From Monocercomonoides exilis PA203 (lineage: Eukaryota > Protista > Preaxostyla): DNA of 64,000 nt. The position numbers and the translations under genes were made by a program. The notes beneath the pieces are model-generated. The model did no database searches. It was given only the letters and a program-made list of their open reading frames with translations, and was not told the DNA's origin. Location: positions 372,001 through 436,000 of the forward strand of contig LSRY02000038.1 of NCBI GenBank assembly GCA_001643675.2, written 5' to 3'. Position 1 is the stretch's first letter; each line of letters starts with the position of its first letter. This document shows, in pieces, positions 11,401-22,816 of the stretch.

Positions 11401-13594
11401 GATTGAGATGTGTGATGTGAGTGGAGGAGTGGACAGGGCAGATGAAGAAAGAAACTTAGAGAAGACGAATGAGAAGGAGGAAAAGGAGGGAAGAGAAAGG
11501 ATATGCAAATGGAATGGATCGATCGTTGGGGTTGAGAAGAGCAGGGTTATGATGAAGGATACGAGGATTCGGGAGAGTGGGAAAGGGGGATTGTCTGTGA
11601 GTGGAGGGAGTGTGACAATTGAGAAAGGAGAGTTTGAGAACAACAATCCATTCATTGAAAAATATCCATCAGTGAGAAGAAATATCCTTTGCTCTGATTC
11701 TGCGTCATTGACCATCTCCAGTTTGAAAGGAGGAGATGGACAAGAGAAGAACACCTCGCTTTGGATTTTGAATGATGGATGCACCCTTGGTGAAATTGCT
11801 GGAGAAAGGTCATCTCCTTTCTTCATTCCCAAATTGGAAGATGTTTCTGTGAATGAAAATGACAGCAATGTTGTTGTGAAATTCAAGGGAACCCTTTTTG
11901 TGCCATGTGATTTGTCATTCAGACTTGTGTATAAAACAGGGGATGTGGAGTTGGTTGAGACATATCAGTTTGAGGAAGACGGTTTTGTTTCAGAAACAGA
12001 AGTGATTGGAAGAATCCCATCAGAAAATATTTCATTGGCTTCAGATGAAACAGAGGTGTCAGTGATGATATTGTTTGGAAAGCAAAGGGTTGCAACTTCT
12101 CCACAGATTCTGAAGAACAAAACAGAATCAAAGACAGGAGATGAAAAAGTGGTTGAAGGAAGGAAAGAAGGGAAATCTTATTGGTTGTTGATTGTGATAA
12201 TTATGGCAGTTATTCTTTTGATTGTTCTTATTGTATCAATAATATTCATTGTTCGATGGAGAAAACAGAAGATAAGAACAGAAGAATTGGAAGTAATTGT
12301 GAATGATAACATTAGAAAAGATCCAAAAGCTTTTGAGATGGTGACGATGGAGATGTCTCCTGAGGAGCAGTGGAGGAGAGCAGAAAGAGAGGCAGAGAAG
12401 AAGAATGAAGAGAAGATCAAGAAGAGGGTATATGCGAAAAGCTTGGGACACTCAGAATCATCGGAGCATCTTCTGTCTGAGAGTGGATCGACTGAATACA
12501 TCCTTGGAAGGGACTCAGATAAGATCCCTGATTGGGCATTAGAAAAGGTTGATGAGAATGGTGAGGAAGAAGAGACAAGAAAGCGAACTCCTTCACCATC
12601 TATCTCATCCACTTCAACAACAGACACTTCAGATACAGATTCAACATTTGTTCGAGGGGAGGATCTGTGTCCGACCACCTCTTCGATGTCGAATCTGGTG
12701 GATGCAATGGCATGTTCATCCCCTCATGAGAAGCTGATTGTGGATTTGAGAGATTCGCTGTTCATGCTGTTGCATGGAAGGAACGAGAAGAAGGAGATGG
12801 CGATTGGCACTCTGCAGGAGAGGGAGCAGACAGCTGCTCAGATCCTGTTCTGGGTTGCGAATGGGGCACTCCACTCATTTGACGAGATGGAAAACCCACT
12901 TCAGTCACTTGCCAATCTGAGTCCTCACATTGTGTTGTTCTCTGAGCACATGGTGATCTGCATTGTGATGCACTCTGACTTATTGTCAGATGATGATTCA
13001 GATTCATCCTCCATCTCCTCATCAACTGTTGTGACATCTGCCAGCGATGATGATGAAGACTCTCTGCCCTCATCTGCGTTTGAAGATGAGGATGACTTCA
13101 AAAAAGAGTGCCTGAGGTGGAAGGCACCTGAGCTGCTGATCAACAAGAAGTTGGGAGCAACAAAGAAGTCAGTTGTGTTTTCGATTGGGATGATGCTGTG
13201 GGAGTGCTTGACTCTGGATATCCCGTTTGGAGAATATGATGCGGAGACAGCAGGGCAGAAGATAACATTTGGAGAAAGGCCATCGCGAAAGATGATTGCA
13301 GGAAGGGGAATAGATGAGGTTGTTGGAAGCTGCTGGGAAGAGGAGGCGAGCAAGAGGATGGGGCTGTTTGAGGTGAAGAAGGAGCTGTTTTCGCACTTTC
13401 CAGCGAATGCGGTTGTTGTGACAGCCTCAGATGCGATTGCATATGCTGAGGGCTCAGAAAGTGAGACAGATGATGAAAAGGAAGGGAAAGATATTCATCA
13501 ATCAACAACAACAACAAACACATCCACCACAACTTCTTTAACAGTTTCTTCAACAGCAACATCAAAAACAAGAGAAAATGAAAAAAGCGGATGA
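5408..13594 (+). CDS. Giant type I membrane protein: signal peptide, Pmp-like/pectin-lyase beta-helix ectodomain, TM helix, degenerate kinase-like tail (copy A)
   Basis: Intronless ORF. First ATG is at 5408 (5390 is TTG). Hydrophobic N-terminus MNLMMVIAAILVNIINLHCLC; many GGAI/GGGL/FxxC repeats; TM segment YWLLIVIIMAVILLIVLIVSIIFIV followed by RWRK; kinase subdomain VIII-IX-like LRWKAPELL...VVFSIGMMLWECLT..IPF. Confidence 0.88.
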   Translation: MNLMMVIAAILVNIINLHCLCNDATNDKVGTIPELNVLQKIPASDWTTSTEAENNNNIKETYVQAQHCETSSKHEESEKWKEKWRMNQNNRIESANTNTNRNIVKIEGDTSNISIHNEKKIEEGIEESKMKSHIILDNSSLLCMNLGMMANGLTSSLALRTESVAMIIGCHFEVRSEISPFDLCGSQIHFSNLTLRFWNSQQTHMPPLFSTQMSGSKSHSANCVSVCSSRFSSFQMSSPPFLSSHFIEGVSLTNLIFSNISTVPTRRGIPFDLGCGCSTLMDDCSFSSVCDVYDGGIVPSLNSPLASLAASNTSFVGCTRTGNVEFIGSKENPSKPGRQNETENGQNTFIWCEWNGSRTTGNGETFGDGTSNGGAIFISGQSSATVSVSHCAFKECVAHYAGGGISCFSIKSVEIANSTFNDCSAENWVGGGAFACNISSCIRISGCEFQNCKANCQGGGLYLEDFELSETGCVAEENGGGESACVYDCSFASCSITNSYGGAIYCTNNPISFKMKNVRFLFCSAFSYGGALRIFTDKATKPGDLHYCYFLFFCECTCKTTSTPFGHDVAYADYYKHFLDSGNPFLECYSSNTDDRRLFYEHFDGTNFVNKHTEKKWWLKNGVLNRLVAAEGGVEDDLCGIDESSACKTIGIAVNRSATQSSLIVTLMEGNHKNEETTIETNLNKMRVEGKGRGTSIIGTYSLSSPSTTLFGVRSGQLKILHLGIEHNSERDSSPNVFVVSGGSGSLSLEDVLISSSVAGTNVISSSVFVVELSQLRMIDVEIKDMKVSQSLFSEPSSGEAESEESFLSNVTIRNVNLTEGDGVVVAKNVNGDETFVVSNTTIEECVCENGNGGGIYVCLQGNGKVVVNGTSLIDGCVAMGIEGNGGRGGGLYVVMESGGCGLTIGENVEFSKVNVNVAEYGKDVFVHCRTGVFLESKVNTNTFAFFDTSEIPLDVLKLSGSENGDESGVIPLFVYFHSLGTKIIVDGSGGNGMDHNRCGFDEFRCLTVDYCVNSRLSSAVNEIEVVSSSSIKDEIEFSSFDVIISGRIISSEEEEMMQVDVSDEGSATQDWLVGCSSSLTMSRLSFVVKGQLNSRRSAFIHSTSTLNMTNCSVSFESGALTNGKIGYNVINIEGGVLIVDGFVMESSVTMNGKSLIAMSNGMKLEILNSRVSGVEVEGGSGGGGCLNVEMKEDGSAKVEECNLSSTCSDGREMKGGGVMISVGKGGSLEMKNVNLSGCVVPTEDVEDGGRGMGGGMFVELPDQMGSFVLEGMEFEGCDAWKGKKMFVSGWDLREIVNKEHFIWEMNEEELKSLDELCGWERKTTGEEGYVIPLVVYLWSNWSGNGFVSREKGGDFSGCGYSEAPCSSVDHLISLRYSILGEGESHIKIVGTGLLQKSISFLSSSSSLSITPVVSIEGENEGTILKVSEEGGMITSNVVVSFTNLSFSLPNELVSHSSLIHSATSSATSLSIKRCSFVCEDSTKETKYCLIKADGGSVVIDDCTLSQFNLAKGFVEFTADVKSADVMNVSVSNTTISGSSLISLSQPSPTNVLINKARENTKQIVRVNSSSFVNITCVENRASVMSVGSFLNGMECVIEGCVLTKCMSERSLEGGGMKMLMKRGEYEVKVSGCSFGMCVCSTGNGRGGGMMIDALDPNGECTNTEMPPLGLRLENIRFMMNDAFVRKDVFIRCDSIELQLNERLFGLDFSQEALKGKDSMCGSDGEGKVDVDLIPLITFYYSSQVFVCVNGSDNRQCGAQNHPCESIGNAVQHIQRSMMNVLWIDGEGMMGEECVIGDARMMSMGREKATAHFEGKTEESGGERSMMVFVNESVVERCLFVFGEMFESTHKYVVKVKEGRMVMNECSFEGSSSEMGKKLKNTLVGVEGGEMEMVRCTIRHIRHCGRLVVFSGESSRVIMSETRIWDVESEGDVVVVEGEARVNVKEVGMENITIMGEWSVMAMRGCGDGNLSNCTFSGCESGREKGGIVLLSSCEDVRIEMCDVSGGVDRADEERNLEKTNEKEEKEGRERICKWNGSIVGVEKSRVMMKDTRIRESGKGGLSVSGGSVTIEKGEFENNNPFIEKYPSVRRNILCSDSASLTISSLKGGDGQEKNTSLWILNDGCTLGEIAGERSSPFFIPKLEDVSVNENDSNVVVKFKGTLFVPCDLSFRLVYKTGDVELVETYQFEEDGFVSETEVIGRIPSENISLASDETEVSVMILFGKQRVATSPQILKNKTESKTGDEKVVEGRKEGKSYWLLIVIIMAVILLIVLIVSIIFIVRWRKQKIRTEELEVIVNDNIRKDPKAFEMVTMEMSPEEQWRRAEREAEKKNEEKIKKRVYAKSLGHSESSEHLLSESGSTEYILGRDSDKIPDWALEKVDENGEEEETRKRTPSPSISSTSTTDTSDTDSTFVRGEDLCPTTSSMSNLVDAMACSSPHEKLIVDLRDSLFMLLHGRNEKKEMAIGTLQEREQTAAQILFWVANGALHSFDEMENPLQSLANLSPHIVLFSEHMVICIVMHSDLLSDDDSDSSSISSSTVVTSASDDDEDSLPSSAFEDEDDFKKECLRWKAPELLINKKLGATKKSVVFSIGMMLWECLTLDIPFGEYDAETAGQKITFGERPSRKMIAGRGIDEVVGSCWEEEASKRMGLFEVKKELFSHFPANAVVVTASDAIAYAEGSESETDDEKEGKDIHQSTTTTNTSTTTSLTVSSTATSKTRENEKSG

Positions 13595-14229
13595 ATTGGT
13601 TGATTGAATGATTTTGAGAGGAGAAAAAGTTTTGTTTTTGCATTGTTTTGAATTGAGTATTCATAAAATTTTTTAAGTCAATTTCGTTTTTTGTTTTTTG
13701 TTTTTTTGTTTTTAATTGTTTTGAAAATTCTCAGTTTCTTTCCTTCTTGTTGTAATTCCAATCTGTTTTGCGTGTCAGCACCTCAGTCTTGTTTTGTGCA
13801 AAAAAAAAATATTTGTTTTCATTTGTTTATAGTCAAATTTTCATCAATATTCGTGTGATAAAATATCTTTGTTTGCTTGTATTTTTTCAGCTGAATGTTT
13901 TTTGTTGCATATGTATGTATTTTTTATGTTTGCATTTATGAATCGTTTTTATTTCAAAAAATACAACACCAACACTTTATTATTTCAGCAAAAATGTTCC
14001 ATTTGATAATTTATTTTGTTTGTTTGTTGGCTTCTGAATATCACACAAACATTGTTCAAAGTGTTCTTTTGGGGGAGAACAAAATTGAAGAAAATATTAC
14101 AAATAATGGACTCATTCAATCGGAATAGATTCAGATGATTTCTTATTAGTCAATGACATTGTTTTTGATAATTTTCCTTTTTGTTGGAAAAGAAAAAATG
14201 ATTGATAAGAAACTCTTTTCCAGCAAAGC

Positions 14230-15520
14230 CGTTTCAATGGAACCAAGCTATAGATGAAAATCAAAGAAGTGTGATAGAATGCTTTTCAAGATGATAGAGA
14301 AAGAAAATTTTTTCATCCTCTGCGAAGATCTTTTCAATGAGTTTTGCAAAACAATGAGAGAAGAGAAAATATCAGTGGAATATTCTGTTCTCCTTTGAGG
14401 GCACATTTGCCATTGCAAATCTCATTAAGAAACTCGGACCGAATGACTCAATAAACACCAGCAAGCAAATTCATCAAAAGAATGATAACAGAAGAAGAGG
14501 AGGGAACAAAAGAGAGGAAAGCAAAAATGGTGATTGGCCTTTGTGAGAGCTCTCTATCTCTATTAAACAAAGGATTTCGCTTTTCAATGTAAGTTCTCTT
14601 CAAGCACATTGCTCGCCTGTTGAAATTTGCATAGAAAAGAATGATGGAAAAAAGAACATAAAAGTTGTTGAAATGGAAAATTAGTTTTGACAGGCGTTGC
14701 TATTGATAAAGTGTGAGAAAGATAGTGTTTTTTTTTCAAAAAAGATAAAAAAATTTGAATGAAAAAATACTTGAAGTTCGATGTGTCAAAAGAGCTGTTC
14801 TTGAATGAGACAACGGAAGAAATAAAGCGTCATCAGGAACACAAGTTCCTAACTAGCCTTGAATATCAACTTATTTGAAAGTTTTCACTTGAAGAAAGTT
14901 CAAGAAAATGTGAATTGTGAAGCACATGTGTGAATGTGCTCCATTTCTAAAAAAAGCAAGAGAACAGGAAGAGCTTAAAAGGAATAGAGCTTGAAAGAAA
15001 AGAGTGAAACAGAAAGATGAAGAAAATTTGGTGGAAATGAAGACAAAAAAGATGTGGTGAACAAAACTTGAGACATTTCATAGGCTTTTCCAGATGAAGA
15101 GCGTAGAAAGCACAAAGCCCCTTTCGAGCATTGTGAAGCTTTGCTGAACAACGATGAAGTGTGGTGGTGAAATATTCCTTGAATATGCTAGTGACCTTTA
15201 CAGGGCGATTTGAACAAGTGCGTTTAAAACAGAGGAATTTCTTTTGAAAAGTGTATTGAATGAATATGTTTTGGATGGATAAATGTGATTGCCACTGAAA
15301 TATGATATGACCTCTCATTTTGTCAGAGGTGATGAGATGCTTTCTGCAAGTTATCCTCATCAACGAGCTCTCAAGACAATGAATGAATTAAAAAAAGATT
15401 GAAGATAAATTGCAGAAAAGAAAGAAAAGGAAAAGGATAAAGATTTTATTGTCTTTTTCTTCAAAGATGAAAACTGTTATTCGTTCTTGCATATGAGTAT
15501 TGTCTTTTGTTTTCCTTCCA
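14230..15520 (+). pseudogene. Pseudogene of the same family as the gene at 250-1712
   Basis: Interrupted frames give RMITEEEEGTKERKAKMVIGLCESSLSL (cf. KMIVEEEQKKEEKNEKLMIDLCECYISL) and KELFLNETTEEIKRHQEHKFLTSLEYQLI* (cf. QELYLNKITEIIQYHQEHRNLTRVAYQSAW). Boundaries approximate. Confidence 0.7.
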
Positions 15521-16258
15521 TTGACGATGAAATATTGACAATTTTTGTTTTTATTTTTCCTTATTTCACAATAAAATTTCTTTTCATTGACTTGTTTTAT
15601 TTGATTTTGAAATTAGTTGTTCACATGTGTGGGACTTGAAGGGAAATCTTTCAAATCATTTGCTTTCTAACCTATTTAAAAATTTTGGAAATCTTGAAAA
15701 TAATTTTTTTGTAAATTAATTGTAAATTGAAATCAAAAAGAACAAGAAATGCAAATTCAACACGAAAGAAAACAAACCAAATGTGAATTGACTTTTTCAA
15801 TAGTGAGCAACAATAATGCTTGCAATCAAACATCAATAGAAATTATCAAAAAAGAATAATGAAATTAGTATATTACTTTGAAGTTGAAGTGGAAGCAGAG
15901 AAACAAACAACTTCATAAATAACAATCTTCCTAAACATATAAAAATAATAATTGACAAAAAATTGGAGTTGAAAACATACAAATAAAAGAAATGTTTAAT
16001 CACACAAATAAAACACAGCACAAGAATCTTGATAGAAAGCATGAAACAAGACAATTTCAAATGAAATCACAACCTGGCTCATTTGTTCCAATAACAAAAA
16101 TAAAAATCTTCAATTCCGATCAAATATTCGTTTATCTTTTTAAAAGCGAATGAAAATGAAATTGCGCACAAAATTGAAGATGAATAAAACTGAAGGATTT
16201 CAAAATATGTCTTTCAACGAAAAAAGCACAAACGAAAAATCTCATATATTTCAAATAT

Positions 16259-16486
16259 GGCTAATTTTTTTTTTTGAAAAGTGACTTTTGAAAAATTAGC
16301 AAATAAAATAAAATATGCATATTTCGATCATATCTCCATTCGAATTAACCATATTTGACTTTCATGAAAACAAATTGTTAAAAAAGTTATTATTTATATT
16401 CAAGTTAAGCTTGGTGAGTGAGAACAAAAATTTGATTGAAAAATGAAATTTTTATCTAATTTAAAAATTCTCAAAAAGTCACTCAA

Positions 16487-16488
<2 letters not shown>
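16259..16488 (-). mobile_element. Diverged MITE family A copy, reverse orientation
   Basis: Starts ATAT|GGCTAATTTTTTTTTTTGAAAAGTGAC, like the termini of the other family A copies. Contains CAAGTTAAGCTTG, the reverse complement of the CAAGCTTAACTT core at ~22905. The right end CAAAAAGTCAC runs into a poly-A tract. Confidence 0.5.
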
Positions 16489-16527
<39 letters not shown>

Positions 16528-17315
16528 GTTCCAAAAAATGTATTAATTCGGTATTTATATAAGACTTTTTTTTTTTGATTTATGCATTTTGTTCTGCATG
16601 ATCTTTTCATAATTATTCCATTTGAGAATGAAAGATTTGGGACAGAATTTGTTCATTTTTGAAAAATTCAAAGATTTGTTCCAAACTTTTTCAGCAATCG
16701 TTTGATTATTATTCTGACATTATCGTGCAATATTAAATATAAAAAATAATAAATCGAAAAAAATCTTTGAAAGAACTGTGTGGAACAAAATTCATAAAAC
16801 GTAAAATTACGTCACATTTTTAATAAGATGTGGTGAAAATGTTAAAAACAAATTATTGCATCTTTTTTTTATTAATTCAAGAATATCGCTCAGCATTTGG
16901 AACTTTTTGAAGAATATTCATATATGTCGTGAGGTTTTTTTTTTTCAATAACTTTTCCTTTTTTGTTCAACACTTACCTTTATGAATTATTTCTCTCTAA
17001 AATTATCAACAATTTCATAAGATATATTCTGTGTGAAATGTTATTCATTTCAAAATGAAAGTGAATTGCAGAACAAACAAAGAAAAAATTCAACAAAAAA
17101 AACAAATTTGATAATCTGAAGGGAAAGATATCATAATCAGAATCAAATGAAGTGAGAGAGTTTAAAATACGACATGAATTGCTCGTTCAATCAAATACAC
17201 CTCTTCTTTTCTTCTCTTTCTTTTGTTCACCTTCTTTCTATTCTCCCCATTTCCTTCCTTCTTTCCTTCTTTCCTTCCTTTCTTCCTCCTCCTTTCTTCT
17301 TCTTCTTCTTCTTTC

Positions 17316-20300
17316 CTACTCATACTCCTCCTCTTCCTGGCTTCCATACTGCAGATTAAGCGACCCCGTTCTCGACGCAATTCTTGATTTCGCTTTTCCT
17401 CTTCCCCTTCCTCCGCCACCTCCTCCTCTTCCTCCTCTTCCCCTTCCTCTTCCACTTTTCCCTCTTCCAATCTTTTCCTCTCCACTTTCATCTTCTCCTT
17501 CTCCTTCACTCTCTTCTCCTCCTTCTCCTTCTCCTTCCTCCTCCTCTTCTTCTCCTTCTCCTCGCCCCGTGACGCTTCTATAGCTTCCATAACTTCCTCC
17601 TCCACTTCCTTTTCTTCCTCCTCCACCTCTTCCTCCTCTTCCTCTTCCACTTCCACTTCCACTTCCACTTCTTTTGCTTCTCGAATTATGAACAGGTTCG
17701 TTTTCTCCTCCGAATATGGATTCTTCTTCATCGTCTAAATAATGACCTAGTTCTCTCAATGCATCGTCCTTCTCAAATTGAGCAAGAGAAGAAGATGAAA
17801 ATAATGAAGAAGAGGAAGAAGAGGAAGAAGAAGATGATGATGATGATGAATTTATTCCCCCGCTCATCAGATTTGCTAACCCCAGCCTATTAGAAGAAGG
17901 AAGAGGAGGCAATTTTGAGATAGGAGGATGAAGCTGTTGATTAATTTCTTTGGCTTCTTTTGAGTCTTTTGAGTCTTCGCTGAGAAGAGGCATGGTGATA
18001 AGCTCTTTGCGATGCTCAGAGCGGATCATAGCTGGAATCTGGGGGTTTTTATTTCAATAATAATAATTATTATTACAATAACAATAATTAATTAATAAAA
18101 TAAATAAATAAATAAATAAATAAATTATTAATAACAAAAAAGGAATTAATTATTAAATTTCAAAATGGTTAAATGTCAAGTTAAATTATTAAAAAAAAAA
18201 TATGGTAATTATTATTTTTCATAAATCATAATAAATTAGTTCGATTCACATCGTAATGTATTGCAATAATAACAAATAAATCAATAAACAAATATATTAA
18301 TAAATTCTTTCATTCGTTAGTCCATCCATCCATCCATCCATTCATTCATTCATCCATCCATCCATTCATTCATTCATTCATTCATTAATATATTACTAAC
18401 CTGATCAATGCTAAACGGGGCATCCACATTCTTGCACATGGGCGTCAGCAGCCGTTGCGTTGCCTTCAGCATCGTGCCAACTGCTGTGTCGATGGCAGAT
18501 TTCTCGTCTTTGTCCACAAATGAAGTGAGGGATTGGATCAGAAGAGCTGGTTGGAGAAGCTCAAGTTCGGGCTGAGAGGGGAAAAAAATAGAGAGATTAG
18601 AGAGATTAGAGAGATTAGAGAGATTAGAAATTGGAGTGAATTAATAAAAAAAAATTTTTTTTAAATAAATAAATAAATAAATAAATAAAAATAAAATTAA
18701 TTAATTAATTAATTAATAAAACAGAATAAAACAGAACAGAATATCACAATAATCACAATTATAGTTAAAAAAGAAAAAAATAACATTCATTTCAAATAAG
18801 ATAAATAATTTTTCTAAAATAATAATAAATAAATTAATTTTTCATTTAATTACAAATTCTTTCTCTCAACCACAACACACCAAATACTGCCCTATTAAAT
18901 CCTCCACCTTCACCTGCTCCTCCATCATCTTCCTCTTCCTCTCGTACTCATCCATCTGCTCTTCATACTCCCTCCTCCTCTCCTCGTCTGTCCCACCCTC
19001 AGCCATCATCTTCATCTGCCTCTTCATATCCTCATCATCCATCCATTCTTCTCTTTCTCCCCCAAACTCTCCTAATTCTCCAAATTCTCCCATCCCTTTC
19101 ACTTTCATATCTTCCTCCATCCACGTTCCATTCAGATAATCCAAATAACTCTTCACTCTCCCTTCTCTCTTCGCGTGGAAGATGAGGAGGTCAGCCGGAT
19201 TTGCCGTGGATTTCGCGAATAAACGCATCACTTGGTGATAATTTGACACCTTCTGCGTCTTGCTGTGCAGAACGTCCACACGCACAATGGGGAGAAGCAA
19301 AGGAGTGGCAAAAGAGGATGAAGCAGAAGAAGAAAGAGAAGGAGAATCGGAGGATGCTGCCAAGGGAGAAGGTGTAACGCTCTCCACATCTTCATCCATT
19401 GCATCATCAGTCATCAGCTTGCTGTTCTCAATTCCATCCATACTCAGCGCGCCTGCTTCCAACTTCACCACATCTCTTCCTCCGCTGCTTCTCCTCTTTC
19501 TCCTCCTCTCCTTCTCTTTCTCTCGTTCCGCCCGCATCTCCCTCCTCTGCATTTCATTCCCTTCCTCCACACAGCGCGCAATTTCCCTCTCAATCGCGTC
19601 CAGAATCGCCTCCTGCGTCGCACACTCACTCACATCCACAGTGCCCATTACAAACGGCCGCGAGTGCGGGATCTTCAGTACCTCCCACTTCCGGTGCCTC
19701 CCGTTGATGTGCAGGATGCCCACCTTCTTTTGCGCTGTCTCCCCGCTCTGCATCATCGTCACCACACTCGAACCCGGCTGCACAACCTCAAACCCTCTCT
19801 CCGTGTTCACCTGCGGGTGGATCTTGCACTCGTGCTCGTGGCCCCACACGACAAAGTTGAGAAAAAAAGGGAGAAAAGACTCTGGCAGCATGTTCTTCAG
19901 CTGGCGAGCATAACGGTTCTGATGCACCACACACAGGTTAAACCAAGGGCACAGGGCAGGCGCTGAGGCAAGAGACGGAGAAGTAGAGGAGGACTTGCTT
20001 GGGTAGGAAAAATCTCTTTTGACAGCATCAGCGCATTCATCGTTATCTTCAATTTCGTCTTCTTCCTTGTTTTTGCCTTCGTTTCCTCTGTGGCTGCCTC
20101 CTTCTCCTTCTTTTGCTTCGGCTTCTACTTCCATTTCTCTGCTTTTGTCGGGCTTTGCTTCTTCTTCACCTGAATCTGGGCGATACCAAGTCACCTTATC
20201 GTCTCGAAACAGCCTGAACAGCCTCTCGTCGCGAATATGCCCAATTCCGTACAGAGCCAATCGAGTCCTGCCTTTCTCAATTAGGATCGGCGCTATTTCA

Positions 20301-20874
20301 AGTGAGTCAATTGCTTCGCACCGACCAAAATAATTGACAAGTCTGCAAGTTGCAAGAAGATCCATTGCGCTCAAAAGACCTTCTCCAGTTGGATCGTCGT
20401 GATTACCGTGTATTGAAAATATTGGTAATTCCACATTAATGTTTGGATCTTCATAATTCGCGCCCTCCAAAGATCCACGAAAAAGTGGCTCATGACTTCC
20501 TAAAATACGAAATCGAACAGGTTTCTCTCCAAGTGTATATTTTCGTAGTATTTCCATTGTTCTGTTCAATGTACGCCTTGAGGGCTTATTGTCGTGGAAA
20601 AGGTCCCCACCCAACAACACAAAATCGACCTTATAAGGTTTCAAAGAATTTTAATGATAGTTAAGTTTTGAAATGCAAATAATCACAGAAATAAGCTGAA
20701 AACAAGAAAAATGTAATATAATTTTCACACATCATGCTCTTTAGCCATGATAAGAATTTGCTCAAATGCTTCAAATGAATCATCAGCTCGAATGGGATCA
20801 CTTTCATTTAATCCAAGATGATTGTCTGATGCAATCATTATTTTTAAGGTGTCTAATTGTGAAAACTCCTCCAT
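17316..20874 (-). CDS. MRE11: Double-strand break repair nuclease Mre11 (~928 aa, 4 exons)
   Basis: Exons 20731-20874, 18881-20629, 18401-18571 and 17316-18038 join in frame through GT-AG introns. Phosphoesterase motifs SDNHLG, GGDLFHDNKPS, IHGNHDDP, VHQN and WGHEH; capping-domain QPGSSV; FVDKDEK; C-terminal RGG/GAR tracts. Confidence 0.97.
18321..18386. repeat. (CCAT/TCAT)n microsatellite in MRE11 intron 3
   Basis: Tandem tetranucleotide run tccatccatccatcc...attcattcattc. A heptamer (AGAGATT)n also lies at ~18592-18630 in intron 2. Confidence 0.85.
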
Positions 20875-22337
20875 TTATGTTGCTATAAAGGGAAGGAAAA
20901 TGGTCGAAAATTGTCACTTTTTTACTCCAAAATCAATGATATAATGAACAAAATTATTTTGTTAAGCCTCAGATCAATTCACTTTTTCTGTTTATCAACT
21001 CACATCTTTGTTCATATATCTCATTAACGCACTAGTTGTGAATTATTTTAAATAACAACTCAATGCACTTTGATATTTCGTTGAATCGCAAATTGTAATT
21101 TATTTTCAGAAAAGAGAACTAAATCATGCATATTCCCTCTATTTCAAGGATAAAATCTTAAAAACAAAAGTAATTATATAAGCAAATACATGTCAAAATT
21201 TGTGTAATGAAAAAATGCCCTGGAAAAAATATATTCACAAGGCTTGAATACAAGAAGTTGACAAATAAATATTCCAACTTTCACGATTTTAAATAGTGTT
21301 TCGTCTTTCAGATGAAGATACATGTAAAAGATAGCTGTTGTTACCTTTATTTTGAATAAAAGGAAATCGAAAAATGCTTCATGAGCTTAGCAGAACTTTT
21401 GAGCTATGCCAAACCTAAATACATTGTTCAAGCCATTTAAATTCATAAAGAAAAAGGTAATTAAAATAATTGAATAAATATTCAAACATGATCAACAGTG
21501 CATGGATTATCCCCGGCAAATAAAACAGAATGCAAAGAATAATGTTCACAACAAAGTGGATGACGAAATTGTACCTATTTAAATAGAAAGTTCATAAACA
21601 ACTTCGAAATGAAATCGTGAAATTCAAACCCAACTTTCATCTGGGGAACTTGAATAAAACAGAGCATTGTTCATAATAAATATGGTCAAAAATAACACAA
21701 ATCAAATTGAAATTGAAAGGAAAAACAAACTAAAATGGAAGCACAGCAAAGCTGCTGGAGGGAAAATAATGGACAAAATTAATCCTAAAATTAAAAATAT
21801 TGTATCCATCAAATTTTGAAAATGTTGTAACTTCTTTGTTGAAATTATGGTTTTTCATTCAATTCCCGAAAAACATTTGTTCGTAATCACTTTCATTTCT
21901 ATTTTCATTATCCAATAAACAATATATAAATGCAGTCATGTGCATTTTTCTTTTTTTGAAATTCTCTAAATCTTTATAAAGCAAATTCAAAAATTGAGTG
22001 AATATCAAATGAGAATATTATAATTATATTCAAGTGAATAAAATAAAAAAAAAAAATAATAAAAATCAGATTAATGAATTTCACAAAGAAACATTTTTCA
22101 TAATTATTTCAGGCAAGGATTTTGGATATGTTTCTGTTGTTGATGATTTAAAACTTCTTAAAGGTTTTCAAATCATCAAAAACATAGCATTTTCAACTTA
22201 ATCAAAGAAAAAAACAAAAAAAAGTTCGAAAATTTCACATAAGAACGTATAAAACAAGAAGCATTGGGGAAATACAGAAAAAAAATAACTCTTTTTTAAA
22301 AGATTCTGTTTGTTTGAAATTGTTTTTCAATTAACAC

Positions 22338-22608
22338 GTAACGTGAAATATAATACCTCAAGCATTTTCATTAAAAAACAATGTGCAATGAATGAACTTT
22401 TTGTGATCAAAATATTAAAATGTGATTGGTCCTTTTTTTTTATAAAACGTATGAGGGTTCAAAACATTTTGTGATCGAATTTTGGTTGTTTGTTTGCGGA
22501 TATAAAAATCCAATATTTTAAGAAATCTTTTTAAATATTATAGAGTTATGAAGGAAATAAATTTTTGTGTTTTGTGCGAAAAAAGCTTGAAAGTCTATAT
22601 TTTCCCCC
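22338..22608 (+). mobile_element. MITE family B copy (left end decayed)
   Basis: Collinear similarity to 55310-55579: TGTGCGAAAAAAGCTTGAAAGTCTATATTTTCCCCCAT vs TGTGCAAAAAAAGCTTGTTAGTTCATATTTTTTCCCAT, and CAAGCATTTTCATTAAAAAAC vs CAGCATTTTTCAATGAAAAAT. Confidence 0.5.
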
Positions 22609-22816
22609 ATACAGTTATCGCACAAAACACCGGACATGACGATTTCACAATATCTGCAAGAAGAAAAATTCTGACAATTTTCCTCAAATTATATCATATC
22701 AATACAAACTCAATTGATAAACGAGAACTTCAAAACAGCTCCTTTTGTGCTCACAGAAAATTATTATTTAATTCTCGGAGAAATAGAATTTTGAGTTTCT
22801 CCGAGTTTTTTTCAAT

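Noticed and set aside
16489-16526. Poly-A tracts (also ~26265-26310 and poly-T ~53718-53756) as retroposon tails
   Set aside because: No flanking target duplications or SINE/LINE body were visible; they lie in or beside DNA-element repeats and fit simple slippage.
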